A stretch of DNA of 64,000 nt from Candidatus Latescibacterota bacterium (GCA_965215195.1 CBDCDC010000001.1:608001-672000), one strand, 5' to 3'; numbered from the stretch's first letter, positions 18,639 to 28,569 are shown. Notes: generated from the sequence alone by a model not told the origin. A program made the numbers and translations.

Positions 18639-18706
18639 GAGAACTCCTTTTGTGTTTTGCAGATTTGAGGGCATAAAGTCGCTTTGAACTTGGTATCGCG
18701 TAACGC

Positions 18707-21088
18707 CTATTTGCGCTCGGCGATTTTGCAGACCCAGATACTGATCTCGTAGAGCAGGAGCAGGGGTAGGGCCATGAGGAGCTGGGAGACCGGGTCGGGC
18801 GGCGTGAAGATCGCGCCGAGGACGAAGATGCCGATGATGGCATAGCGGCGGATGTGGCGCATCCGCGCGGCCGTCAGCACCCCGACTTTGGCCAAAAAGA
18901 GCGACAGCACGGGCATCTCAAAGACAATGCCAAAGCCAGCGATCAGCCGCAGGACAAAGCCGATGTACTCGTCGGCCGCCCATTGCGAGGTCATGTCGGG
19001 CGGCTCTAACGCGAGGAAAAAGCGCAGCCCGAGCGGGAGGACGATGTAATAAGCGAGCAGCGCGCCGACCGAGAAGCAGAGGACGCTCAGCGAGATAATG
19101 GGCAGCATGAGCCGTTTCTCGCGCTGCAAAAGCCCCGGGGCCACAAAGCACCAAGCTTGGTAGAAGATGGCCGGCAGCGCGAGCAGCAACCCGCCGACAA
19201 AGGCGATTTGCAGGCTGATGAAGAAGTAGGTCATGGGTCGCAGGGCTTGCAGCCGGCGCGCCGGGGGTAACTCGGCGCCTGGCGCATTCGGCTCCGGCAC
19301 AGCGTCGGGCTGGCCCAACCACTCGCTCACCAGCTTTTTGACCGCCCGCACCGCGCCCGAGGATTGCTGGCCCTCCAAGCTGAGGACGGCTTCTTCGTAT
19401 GGCCGGGTCAAGATCTGCACGATTGAGTCGGAGAGGGCGAAGCAGATCACCGCACCCACGGCGAGCGCGCCTAGGGCCTTGAGAATGCGCCAGCGAAGTT
19501 CTTCGAGGTGGTCGAGAAAGGGCATGTTGTCTGCTACGCGGTCCGTTACCGCTGGCTCGCGGGCGGGTCGCGGCTTGCGGAAACGGGCGGCGAGGGCGGC
19601 GAGGGCGATCAGCAGGCAGCCATAGGCGAAGAAGTCGCCGTGCCGAGTGTAGAAGGTCGCGGGCTGGCCGACCGGCACGGTGGCGACCGCGACCGCGGGC
19701 GTGAAGAGATCGGTCGCCTCGTAGGTGCGGCCAAACGGGTCGATGAACAGGGAGATGCCGGTGGTGGCAGCGCGAGCGATGGCCGTGCGGTTTTCAACGG
19801 CGCGCATGGCGTTGATGAGCGCGTGTTGGTAGGGCCCCGCGCTGCGGCCAAACCACGAGTCATTGGTGATGTTGACCAGTACGTGCGCCCCGGCCGCCAC
19901 GTGCTGGCGGACCAGATCGGGAAAAATGGACTCAAAGCAGATGAGCACGGCAAAGGGATGCCGGGGATGGGCAAAAACGGCGTGCTCGGTGCCGCGCGCG
20001 AATTCGGCCGGGCCGAGGTCGCCGGTCAGGCGGGTCCAGTCGATGTCGCGCAGCAGGGGGATGGCGTCTCGGTAGGGAGTCCGCTCGCCAAAGGGCACTA
20101 AGTGCATCTTGGCGTACGAGGGTAGGGCTGCGGCCCCGGGCTGGACGAAGAAGGCCGCGTTGTAGTTCGCGTGTGGTGCGCCGGTCAGCAAGGGAATGTC
20201 CAGTTCCTCGACGAGCGCTTGGACGCGGCCTCGGCAACCGGACCGGCGCACAGGATCGCACGGCAGGGCGGTTTCGGGCCAGACCAGCAGCTCGGGATCG
20301 CGCTTGGCCGCTTGGCGCGAGAGCGCGGCGAGGGCTGTGAAACTGCGCTCCAGCCCGTTGGGGCCCCACTTGTCGGCGTACGTGGTGTTCGGCTGTATCA
20401 GGCCGATGCGCAGGCCCTCGGCCGGGACGGCTGACGCCAGCGCACTCTGAGCGTGGAGCCAAGGCAAGAGATAGCCCAAGGCAACGCCCGCGAGGAAGAC
20501 GCGCCGTTCGACGAGCGCCAAGTAGAACAGGGCGTTGAGGCCGACGACCCAGCAGGAGACGCCAAAGACGCCGGTCCAAGTGGCGTACTGGATGAAGTGG
20601 GGCAGGGCTGCTTGGCTGTGCCCCAGCAAGAGCCAGGGAAACCCCAACTCCCCGAGGGAGAGCAGGTATTCCTGCCCGGTCCACAACAAAGGCAGCAGGG
20701 CGAGCGCCTTCGCGCCCCACCGCGCGGCGAGCGCGCTGAACAGCCCGATACAGAGGCCGGTAAAAAGGCCCAGATAAGCGGCCATCAGCCCGGTGCCCCC
20801 GACGACAGCGACCCCCCCACCTTGGGTATAGGCCACCCAGTACAGGGACAGCAGGTTCCAGACTAAGCCGCTGACCCAACCCGCGGCAAAGCCGGCTTTG
20901 AAGCCGCGGCTGTGCAGCGCGAGCAGTAAAGGCACCAGCGCACAATGGGCCCAGAGTGGATGATAGAGAAAGGCGAGGGGGTGAGCAGGGTGGCTGGGAA
21001 AGGCCAGCGCGAGCAAGGCCCCGCTCAGTGCGGCGAGCAGTAGGCGGTAAAGCGGGGTTGGGGCCAGAACAAAGCGCGGATTAGACAT
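18707..21088 (-). CDS. lnt-tatC: Fusion of apolipoprotein N-acyltransferase (Lnt) and twin-arginine translocase TatC
   Basis: Lnt motifs WPETA, YAKMHLVPFGE, ICFES, TNDSWFG, RAVENR continue in frame into TatC motifs MPFLDHLEELRWR, FVAPGL, FEMP, TPPDPVSQ. Confidence 0.9.
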   Translation of the reverse strand: MSNPRFVLAPTPLYRLLLAALSGALLALAFPSHPAHPLAFLYHPLWAHCALVPLLLALHSRGFKAGFAAGWVSGLVWNLLSLYWVAYTQGGGVAVVGGTGLMAAYLGLFTGLCIGLFSALAARWGAKALALLPLLWTGQEYLLSLGELGFPWLLLGHSQAALPHFIQYATWTGVFGVSCWVVGLNALFYLALVERRVFLAGVALGYLLPWLHAQSALASAVPAEGLRIGLIQPNTTYADKWGPNGLERSFTALAALSRQAAKRDPELLVWPETALPCDPVRRSGCRGRVQALVEELDIPLLTGAPHANYNAAFFVQPGAAALPSYAKMHLVPFGERTPYRDAIPLLRDIDWTRLTGDLGPAEFARGTEHAVFAHPRHPFAVLICFESIFPDLVRQHVAAGAHVLVNITNDSWFGRSAGPYQHALINAMRAVENRTAIARAATTGISLFIDPFGRTYEATDLFTPAVAVATVPVGQPATFYTRHGDFFAYGCLLIALAALAARFRKPRPAREPAVTDRVADNMPFLDHLEELRWRILKALGALAVGAVICFALSDSIVQILTRPYEEAVLSLEGQQSSGAVRAVKKLVSEWLGQPDAVPEPNAPGAELPPARRLQALRPMTYFFISLQIAFVGGLLLALPAIFYQAWCFVAPGLLQREKRLMLPIISLSVLCFSVGALLAYYIVLPLGLRFFLALEPPDMTSQWAADEYIGFVLRLIAGFGIVFEMPVLSLFLAKVGVLTAARMRHIRRYAIIGIFVLGAIFTPPDPVSQLLMALPLLLLYEISIWVCKIAERK

Positions 21089-21259
21089 CGGCAGTGGGGG
21101 GTAATGCGCAAAAATATAGGAGGGGGGCCGGGGTGGAGCAAGGTGCTGGCACAGATTCTGCTTAGTATGTCGGTTGCGTCTGTGCCCCTAGGCTCGTGGG
21201 GGCTAGACGCTACATTCGCGTGGTTTTTTGCTACAACTTTGCCTAAGGAGGAATGCGCC

Positions 21260-21979
21260 GTGCCAACACAAGCTCAACCTATTGACTACGACTTTGCCAC
21301 CCGCACTGTGGGCGAGGGGCTGCCGATCCACCGCGACGAACTGCCACGGGAGCGGCTCGCACGCTTGGGGCCGCAGGCGCTCAAGGATCAAGAACTGTTG
21401 GCCGTGGCCTTGGGGACGGGGTATCGCGGTCGGCATGTGATGGACTTGGCCGAGGGCATCCTCGCCGATTACCCCAAGGAATCGCTGGTGGATATGGATC
21501 TGGGGCAATTGAGCCGGATCAAGGGATTGGGCAAGGCCAAGGCTGGGGTCTTGGTCGCGGCGTTTGAGTTAGCCCGCCGCGGGTTGCACAAGGGCTTGGG
21601 GGTGCGGCCGGTGATTAGTTCGCCAAGCGACGCGCTGTCCATGCTTTCCGACATCAAGGATCAGCAGCGAGAGCACTTTCTCTGCCTGTATCTCAACGCT
21701 CGCAATCAGGTGATCCACAAGGAGGTCGTGTCCATCGGCAGCCTATCTTCGGCCATCGTACATCCGCGCGAGGTCTTTCGCACGGCTGTAGCGCAGGCTG
21801 CGGCCAGCGTGATCTTGGCGCACAACCACCCCTCTGGCGACGTGTCGCCCAGCCAGGACGACATCAACCTGACGCGGCGCTTGGTGCAGGCCGGCGAAAT
21901 CATGGGCATTGACGTGCTTGACCACCTCATCATCGGCAGCGACGATTTTCTCAGCTTGAAGGAGCGCGGCTTGATCTAA
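21260..21979 (+). CDS. radC: RadC (JAB domain) family protein
   Basis: PRERL, VHPREVF, HNHPSG, VLDHLIIG; GTG start after AAGGAGG. Confidence 0.93.
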   Translation: MPTQAQPIDYDFATRTVGEGLPIHRDELPRERLARLGPQALKDQELLAVALGTGYRGRHVMDLAEGILADYPKESLVDMDLGQLSRIKGLGKAKAGVLVAAFELARRGLHKGLGVRPVISSPSDALSMLSDIKDQQREHFLCLYLNARNQVIHKEVVSIGSLSSAIVHPREVFRTAVAQAAASVILAHNHPSGDVSPSQDDINLTRRLVQAGEIMGIDVLDHLIIGSDDFLSLKERGLI

Positions 21980-22042
21980 AGAAAATTGTATTTGCCCGGC
22001 AAAAGCCTATATTACTGGCGAGCACTGCAATTTATACGAGGT

Positions 22043-22714
22043 ATGCGAGCGATGAAAGCCGAAGAAAATCATCTAATTCCGGTGTACATTTTCGACATGT
22101 ACCCCTATCCAGACGCAGAGCAGGGCTTGGGCATACCACAGAAGTACTTGGTTTTGCTCAAGGGCACGGAAAACAGCGTGGTGCCCATCACGATCGGCCA
22201 CTTTGAGGGCCAAGCCCTCGCCATGGCCCTGCGCAAAATCGCCTTGCCGCGGCCCCTGCCGCACGATCTATTGTGCAACCTGCTCAAGCGAATCAACGCC
22301 GTGGTCCACAAGCTGGTGATTCACACCCTCAAAGAGGACGTTTTCCACGCGTACCTGCTGGTCCAAGCCGAGGGCCAGTCCTTCTACCTCGACTGTCGCC
22401 CCAGCGACGGCATGATCTTGGCCACGCTCTTGGGGGTGCCGCTGTTCCTGACCCCAGAGGTAATGGAGGCGGCCGGCCAATTGCTGGCGCACACCGATCA
22501 GCGCGAACAAGCCGCTGCGCCCGCAGAGGACAAAGCGGCCAAGCGCAAAAGTGCCGCGCAGAAGTCGGAGGCGTTCGTGGATCCGCAGACGGGCGAGCCG
22601 ATAAGCCAGTTGGAGCAGCTCAAGGCGCACTTGGACTGGCTCATCGCCCAAGAGGCCTACGAGCAGGCGGCCAAGGTCCGCGACCGCATCAGCAAACTAG
22701 AAGCCGAAGGCTGA
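22043..22714 (+). CDS. Bifunctional nuclease (DUF151) with C-terminal UVR domain
   Basis: PITIGHFEG, PRPLPHDL, DCRPSDG, EAYEQAAKVRDRI. Confidence 0.88.
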   Translation: MRAMKAEENHLIPVYIFDMYPYPDAEQGLGIPQKYLVLLKGTENSVVPITIGHFEGQALAMALRKIALPRPLPHDLLCNLLKRINAVVHKLVIHTLKEDVFHAYLLVQAEGQSFYLDCRPSDGMILATLLGVPLFLTPEVMEAAGQLLAHTDQREQAAAPAEDKAAKRKSAAQKSEAFVDPQTGEPISQLEQLKAHLDWLIAQEAYEQAAKVRDRISKLEAEG

Positions 22715-22806
22715 GGGTCGCACTCGCCGCGCCGCGCTTGGACGCTCTTGCACTGTTGTTGCCGTGCAGGGGCGTTTCTTATTTCGGAGTCTATTTAGAC
22801 GCCTCA

Positions 22807-24273
22807 CTAGTCCATCTTGTGCGGATACCCCCGCTCCCACCCCGCCGCACCGAATGTCTTATTGGACCACAGCGACCCACTTTCGGAGGCGTAAACCACG
22901 TTGTAGTCGTGCGAGGCCTGCACCGAGCGCATGACCTCGCGCCAGAGCGCAGCGTCCAAGTGGCGGTACTCGGCTGCGTGCGACGCGGATTCGGCGAGAT
23001 TGTGCTGTTCTTGGGGATCTTCCTGCAAATCGAAAAGCCCGGCCGCGCCGTTGCCGTATTTCACCAGCTTGTAGCGTCCGTCGTAGGCCATCCAGCCGGA
23101 TTGCAAGCCGCCGACTAGCATGTTGCGCGGCGCATCGCCAGCCAAGCCCAAGCCGGGCAGGGGCCTAGCGTCCATGTACTCTGGTACGCCGTGGCCAGAC
23201 GCGGCCAGCAAGGTAGCGGTGACGTCCGTGAGGCACACCATGTCGTCGCGCACCGCGCCGGCGGCACCGCCCGGCGGGCGCACCAGCATGGGCACGTGGC
23301 AACTGCCCTCGTAGAAGTTGCCTTTGGCGTTGACCCCGTGATCCCCGACCAAGTCGCCGTGGTCTGAGGAGAAGATGACGAGGGTATTGTCCAGCCGACC
23401 GCTTTCCTCCAAGGCCTCGAGGATGCGGCCCACCTCGTGGTCTATCTGCAAAATGAGCGCGGAATAGTGGGCGCGCACCTTGCGCTTCTGTTCGTCGGTG
23501 TAAGGGCCTTCGGTCTCTGGAGTCCATACCGGCACACCCGGCCGACGCCGGGGATGGATGCCCTCGCGGACATCGCGGTGGATGGGGTCGCCCGGGGCCG
23601 GAGCGGGAATTTTATCGACATCGACTTCGGCCAGAAACTCGGGCGTGGGGTCGTAGGGATCGTGCGGGCCGGGGAAGCCCACCATGCAGGCGAAGGGCTG
23701 CTCGCGGTCGTACTCGCGGATGAAGCGCACGGCCTCCTCGCCAACGAAGTAATCCCAGTAGCAGTCCCACGGCAAAAGCGACACACACGCCCCCCGGTTT
23801 TCGTCGTATCCGGGGTGCTCCTTGCCCATGTACTTGCGATGGCCGCGCTGTTGCAAATAGTGCCAATAGTCGTCTTGAATGTTGACCCACACCTTGTCCT
23901 CGCAGGCGATGCGGTGCTGGAAGCCAAAAGAGGCGTCCCACGGATAGAAGTGCATCTTGCCGATGGCCGAGGTGAGGTAGCCGTGATCGGTCAACATCTC
24001 CGCCCAAGTGCGGATGCCGCACGCAGCGTGGTCTGGGCGCAAATAGTTGCCGTTGGTGAGCACGTGGGTGCGCCAAGCATTGAGGCCAGTGAGCAGCGAA
24101 CAACGCGCCGGTACGCAGACCGGGTGCAAGCTGTACGCGCGGTCGTAGCGAATGCCTTCGGCAGCGATGCGGTCGATGTGGGGCGTGGCAATGTGGGGGG
24201 CACCATAACAACTGAGAAAGTCGTGGCGCATCTGGTCTGGCATGATGAACAGCAAATTGGGTCGGTCGCGCAT
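22807..24273 (-). CDS. Sulfatase (formylglycine-dependent, choline-sulfatase-like)
   Basis: PNLLFIMPDQ, CVPARCSLLTG, GKMH, PHDPY, SDHGD. Confidence 0.93.
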   Translation of the reverse strand: MRDRPNLLFIMPDQMRHDFLSCYGAPHIATPHIDRIAAEGIRYDRAYSLHPVCVPARCSLLTGLNAWRTHVLTNGNYLRPDHAACGIRTWAEMLTDHGYLTSAIGKMHFYPWDASFGFQHRIACEDKVWVNIQDDYWHYLQQRGHRKYMGKEHPGYDENRGACVSLLPWDCYWDYFVGEEAVRFIREYDREQPFACMVGFPGPHDPYDPTPEFLAEVDVDKIPAPAPGDPIHRDVREGIHPRRRPGVPVWTPETEGPYTDEQKRKVRAHYSALILQIDHEVGRILEALEESGRLDNTLVIFSSDHGDLVGDHGVNAKGNFYEGSCHVPMLVRPPGGAAGAVRDDMVCLTDVTATLLAASGHGVPEYMDARPLPGLGLAGDAPRNMLVGGLQSGWMAYDGRYKLVKYGNGAAGLFDLQEDPQEQHNLAESASHAAEYRHLDAALWREVMRSVQASHDYNVVYASESGSLWSNKTFGAAGWERGYPHKMD

Positions 24274-24291
24274 GGTTTTATTCCTCGTCTT

Positions 24292-24343
24292 AGAAACGGT
24301 CTGCTTCATCGCGCCTTTAGGCGTGACAAACCCCCGGGCGGCC
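24292..24343. repeat. Dispersed intergenic repeat with palindromic core CGCGCC-TTTA-GGCGTG
   Basis: Inverted near-copy at 43878-43932. Confidence 0.75.
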
Positions 24344-24462
24344 ATCGTGCGGGGGCAGAATTAGTGGTCAGTGGTCAGTCCGCGACCGCTCTTGGAGAGG
24401 GAGTTGTTGGGACTGGGCACAGGCCGCTGAGCGCGGCATTCTTAGTCAATGGTGCGCTCATA

Positions 24463-25863
24463 CTAATTCTCTTGGCCAAGATCAGCAAGTACCAGCCGTT
24501 TGAACAGGTCTCCCCGTGCGGCGTAGTTGGCGAACTGATCAAAGCTGGCGCAGGCCGGCGAAAGCAGCACCACGTCGCCCGCTTGGCCGAGCTGGCGGGC
24601 GGTGTCCAAGGCTTGGGCTAGGTCGCGGCAGCAGTGGGCGATCTCGCCAGCGCCGGCCCGCCGGACGGCAGCGGCAATGCGCGGGGCCTCTTGGCCGATG
24701 AGCAGGGCCGCGCGGACTTGCTCATCGGCGATGCAGGCACCCAAAGCAGTGAAGTCCGCGCCTTTTGCGGCCCCGCCGGCGATCAGCAGCACCGGGCCGT
24801 CAAAGGAGCGGAGGGCGGCCATGGTCGCTTCTGGAGTGGTGGCCAGCGAATCGTTGTAATAGGCCAAGCCATCGCGCTCGGCCACATATTCGAGGCGATG
24901 GGGAAGGGGCTCAAAGGCGCGGAGGGCCTCGGCCAAATGGGTCGCTGGCGCACCAAAGGCCAAAGCGCCGGCTACCGCGGCGGCCGCGTTGCTCCAATTG
25001 TGCCGGCCCCGGAGGGGAAGGTCGGCTACCGGACAAATGGCTATGGGCGGTGCCCCAGGGCAACAAGCCCACAACTGGCCGTCGGCAATCCACGCACCCG
25101 GAATGCTCGGGGCGGTTGTGCTAAAGGCCCACAGGGCGGCTGGACTCTCTGCGGCAAAGGTGCGGGCCGTGGGACAGTCCCCATCGACAATGAGGATATG
25201 GCCGGGCTTTTGGTAGCGGCACACTGGCTCTTTGGCGGCGACGTATTCGGTGCGGTCGGCGTGATAGTCGAGGTGGTCTTCGCTGATGGAGAGGACCACG
25301 GCGATGTGCGGACTTTGGTCGAGGTCTTGCAATTGGAAGCTGGACAGCTCTAGAACCACCCGGTCCGTCGGCTGCAACTCGTCAATAAATTCGAGCGGCG
25401 GCCGGCCAATGTTGCCGCCGCTGAACACCCGCGCCGCGGGGTCGGTGGCCAAGAGCGCATGTAGCAGCGCGGTCGTGGTCCCCTTGCCCTTGGTGCCGGT
25501 GACGCCGAGCACTGGCGCGGGGCATAGCTGTAAAAAGAGGCGGGTCTGGCTCGATACTTCGATGCCGCAACGGCGCGCAGCGCACAGGCGCGGGTCCAGC
25601 GCTGGCAGGCCCGGCGTGCGGAAGAGCAGGTCGAAGTCGGTCAGGTCGTCGAGGTAGCTTTCGCCGATGCGCCACTGTTGCACGCCCTCCACCGGGGTGG
25701 CCGGAGCGCGGGCGTCGCACGCGGAAAAGGGAATCTGGCGCGCGTGGAGAAAGCGGGCCAACGCGCGGTTTTCCACGCCGAGGCCGAGGAGGGCAATGCG
25801 CCGCTGGTGCAGGTGTTGGGTCGCGCTTGACTCTTTGGGGGCGAGGGATTTCTTTAGCGCCAT
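24463..25863 (-). CDS. murD: UDP-N-acetylmuramoyl-L-alanine:D-glutamate ligase
   Basis: GVTGTKGKGTT, GGNIG, ELSSFQL, YNDSLAT, LSPACASFDQF. Confidence 0.95.
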   Translation of the reverse strand: MALKKSLAPKESSATQHLHQRRIALLGLGVENRALARFLHARQIPFSACDARAPATPVEGVQQWRIGESYLDDLTDFDLLFRTPGLPALDPRLCAARRCGIEVSSQTRLFLQLCPAPVLGVTGTKGKGTTTALLHALLATDPAARVFSGGNIGRPPLEFIDELQPTDRVVLELSSFQLQDLDQSPHIAVVLSISEDHLDYHADRTEYVAAKEPVCRYQKPGHILIVDGDCPTARTFAAESPAALWAFSTTAPSIPGAWIADGQLWACCPGAPPIAICPVADLPLRGRHNWSNAAAAVAGALAFGAPATHLAEALRAFEPLPHRLEYVAERDGLAYYNDSLATTPEATMAALRSFDGPVLLIAGGAAKGADFTALGACIADEQVRAALLIGQEAPRIAAAVRRAGAGEIAHCCRDLAQALDTARQLGQAGDVVLLSPACASFDQFANYAARGDLFKRLVLADLGQEN

Positions 25864-26008
25864 TGAAATCGCAATACGCGCTCTAATTAACGGACGTTAC
25901 GCCCTTTGCGGTCGCCGGGGAAACGACGCCTCTGCGTTCATTGCGTTCATCGGCGGATACCCTATCGGGCGCAACATCACGAAGTAAATTGACTAACGAG
26001 AAGGTGCT

Positions 26009-26383
26009 GTGGCTGTAACAATTATGCGTACGGTGCGGCCTAGTCCGCAATGGCAAGACAGCTTGATCCGGCTAGAGAGCGGCCAGCGGGTCGTGGTGGA
26101 TGCCGAGGAAACTTGGTCGCCGGACATGCGCAACCAAATCGCTTGGTGCGGTGCCGATGGCGTGTACAACCTGCCCGCAGACTCGGGGTACTTACTGCCG
26201 GGGGCCAACGTCGGGGCACTCGTGGCCCGCATTGGCACCGGGCCGATCTTTGCCGTGGGCAGCCGCTGCGACTTTGTCGCCGACCGCGCCGGCATCCTGC
26301 ACTTGGCCATGAACGAAAACCCGGACTTCAACAACCAAGCCGGCAAAATCGTCGCCCAAATCATCGTCTTTAGCCAACCATGA
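26009..26383 (+). CDS. Small beta-sandwich protein, LecA/PA-IL lectin-like
   Basis: WQDS.I.L..G, GALVARIG, G.LHLAMNE..FNN..G pattern. Confidence 0.5.
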   Translation: MAVTIMRTVRPSPQWQDSLIRLESGQRVVVDAEETWSPDMRNQIAWCGADGVYNLPADSGYLLPGANVGALVARIGTGPIFAVGSRCDFVADRAGILHLAMNENPDFNNQAGKIVAQIIVFSQP

Positions 26384-27417
26384 GCCTCGCCGGCCGCACG
26401 GCGACCGCAGCCTATGTGCGCGCTGGGCATCCGCCCGTCCGCGCGCTCGCTCCGCTCGCCGCAGGAGTCTGGCGCATCGACGACGCAGCCGGTCGCAAGG
26501 TCGTGGTTAAACATCAGCTCTTCGGGCGGCTAACGCAGGGTACGGCTTTCGACCTGTTGGAGGTTGAGCGCGAAGTGCTCGGGTTCCTGCGTGCAGACGG
26601 ATGTCCGGTGCCCGCGGTCCTCGGCTTAGACCCAGACGCCCACTGCATCTTCTTGCAATGGGTCGGCGATCGCACCCTCGACGACGCCATTCAGGACGGA
26701 GACCAAGCCGCGACCACGCAGGCCATACGCGGGCTGTGCGCCATTGAGCGAACGTGCGCCCAACGCGCCGATCAGCTAGGGCCGAGGGTGGTGCCGAGCG
26801 CCAATCGCACGGCCCTCGCCGCTGCCTGGGACGAGGCCGGGGAGCGGGCATACGCTGGAATTGAGCAGTTGTGCAGCCGCCTCCAGCGGCCCTTGGACGC
26901 CGGAATGCGACCGCTGCTCGAAGCCATGCACGCCTATCTGGCGGCGCGACCGGCCGCGTTGGGCAGCGTAGATTACAACGCACGCAACGCAGTCGTTGAG
27001 CCGGGGGGAACGCGCATCTACTTCCTCGAATTTGCCAAAATTGGTTGGGACTGGACGGAACGGCGCTTGACGCAGTATACTACTAGCATGGGCAGCGGCC
27101 GGCAGGACGGGCGCATGTGCTCGCTGCTGGACGCGCCGGCCGCGCGTTTGTACGCCGAGGAGTCCGGGCGCAGCGATGGCGCACGGGCGCTCGATTATCA
27201 CCGAGTCTTTTTTCTTCTCAACAGCGCGGCCTTGTTGTGCGCGGCCCTCGATGGCGAGCCGCACGCGCTGGCCCTGCGTCAACGCTGGAAAAGGCCCTAT
27301 GCGCGGCTGCGGCAATGCGCGGCCATGCTGGCCGAGGGCCTGAGCACGGACCCAAGCGCGGCCGAGTTCAGAGGCCGGTTGCAATTTTGTACATCACCAC
27401 GCGGAGGTACCCTATGA
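26380..27417 (+). CDS. Aminoglycoside-phosphotransferase-like kinase with non-canonical motifs
   Basis: VVVK, EREVL..L...GCPVPAV, SVDYNARN (for HGDxxxxN), FLEFAKIG (for IDF). Confidence 0.65.
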   Translation: MSLAGRTATAAYVRAGHPPVRALAPLAAGVWRIDDAAGRKVVVKHQLFGRLTQGTAFDLLEVEREVLGFLRADGCPVPAVLGLDPDAHCIFLQWVGDRTLDDAIQDGDQAATTQAIRGLCAIERTCAQRADQLGPRVVPSANRTALAAAWDEAGERAYAGIEQLCSRLQRPLDAGMRPLLEAMHAYLAARPAALGSVDYNARNAVVEPGGTRIYFLEFAKIGWDWTERRLTQYTTSMGSGRQDGRMCSLLDAPAARLYAEESGRSDGARALDYHRVFFLLNSAALLCAALDGEPHALALRQRWKRPYARLRQCAAMLAEGLSTDPSAAEFRGRLQFCTSPRGGTL

Positions 27418-27680
27418 GCGAGTGGAACACGCTTGACTTCAAGCCCCGGGCCCGGGGTATGATCATCGGCGATATTCCCTGGCTGGCGCGCATAGCCGAC
27501 AAGGCGCGGGCGCACCAGCAAGAGCGCATCGGCGACTACGTATTTCCCTGACCGGCCGACATGCGCTTCCTGGAGGAAGTGGAGCTGACAGCCGCAGCAT
27601 TTGCAGAGATGGTGGCCGCATCCGCAGATGACGATGCACTGATCGAAAAGATGAAAGCGCACTTGGCCGGAAAGCACTAG
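27414..27680 (+). CDS. DUF5069-like protein with in-frame UGA at codon 46; putative selenoprotein (88 aa)
   Basis: GGAGG RBS and ATGA overlap; WLARIADKARA...IGDYVFP-TGA-PADMRFLEEV...DDDALI...-TAG, ending 1 nt before the next ATG. Confidence 0.75.
27564..27581 (+). promoter_or_regulatory. Candidate bacterial SECIS hairpin
   Basis: Stem CGCUUCC/GGAAGUG with loop UGGA starting 19 nt after the UGA at 27549-27551. Confidence 0.55.
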
Positions 27681-27681
27681 C

Positions 27682-28569
27682 ATGAGCACCCCAGCGCAAA
27701 CAGCGCGCAGACCAAGGCGGAGAGTGCGGGAGCTGGAGGTGGAGGTCGTCCACGTGCGCCGCGACACCCCAGACACCACCACGCTCTTTATGTCCACTGG
27801 CGACGAGCCGATCGAATACGAAGCCGGCCACTTCTGCACCATTGATCCCCATCAGTTCGGCGAGTTGGAGCACTTCACCGCCTATTTAGAAGATCAAAAG
27901 GGGCAGCGGGAAAAGCCGCGGGCCTATTCCATGGCTTCTGCACCGCACGAGCAGGACCTTGCCATCACCATCAAAGAAGAGCGCTACGAGAGCGGCCAGA
28001 CCCCGTACCCGCCGCTGCTGTCGCCGCTCTTGACGTACTACATCCAAGAGGGCCGGCGGCTGGTCATCAGCGGTTTTACCGGGGCGTACACCTTTCCCGC
28101 CGATGTCTGCGAGCGCACCGAGCACATTGTCCACGTGTGCGCTGGCAGCGGCATCGTGCCCAACAGGAGCCTGATCAAGGAGAGCCTGCACCGCGGCGAC
28201 CCGCTCAGGCACACCTTGCTGTTTAGCAACAAGACGCGCAGCGACATCATTTACTTTGAGGAATTCGAGGTGCTGCGGGCGCAGTATCCCGACCGGCTCA
28301 ACGTGATCCACTGCATCACCCGCGAAGACCCAACTGGCATTCGCGGCGCCCGCAACGGGCGCATCTCCGGGGCACTCTTGCGCGAAGTCGCACCCGATCC
28401 CTCCAAGGTGATGGCCTATAGCTGCGGCCCGGGCATCACGCCCTACGAGCGCCGGGCGGCCCGGGCCAAGGGCGAGGTCCCGGAGCCGCGCTTCGTCGAA
28501 AACATGGTCGCACTCTTGCGCACACACGGGTTGGACAAAAATCAGATCCGGCAGGAAAGCTGGGGGTGA
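27682..28569 (+). CDS. Ferredoxin-NADP reductase-like FAD/NAD(P)-binding oxidoreductase
   Basis: RAYSMAS, CAGSGIVP, YSCGP, C-terminal ESWG. Confidence 0.88.
   Translation: MSTPAQTARRPRRRVRELEVEVVHVRRDTPDTTTLFMSTGDEPIEYEAGHFCTIDPHQFGELEHFTAYLEDQKGQREKPRAYSMASAPHEQDLAITIKEERYESGQTPYPPLLSPLLTYYIQEGRRLVISGFTGAYTFPADVCERTEHIVHVCAGSGIVPNRSLIKESLHRGDPLRHTLLFSNKTRSDIIYFEEFEVLRAQYPDRLNVIHCITREDPTGIRGARNGRISGALLREVAPDPSKVMAYSCGPGITPYERRAARAKGEVPEPRFVENMVALLRTHGLDKNQIRQESWG

Noticed and set aside
21260-21979. radC as a marker of a mobile element
   Set aside because: Full-length chromosomal type with host-like GC, located among housekeeping genes.
25925-25960. CTCTGCGTTCATTGCGTTCATCGGCGG as an ncRNA or riboswitch
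   Set aside because: Short single half-repeat with no recognisable aptamer; insufficient evidence.
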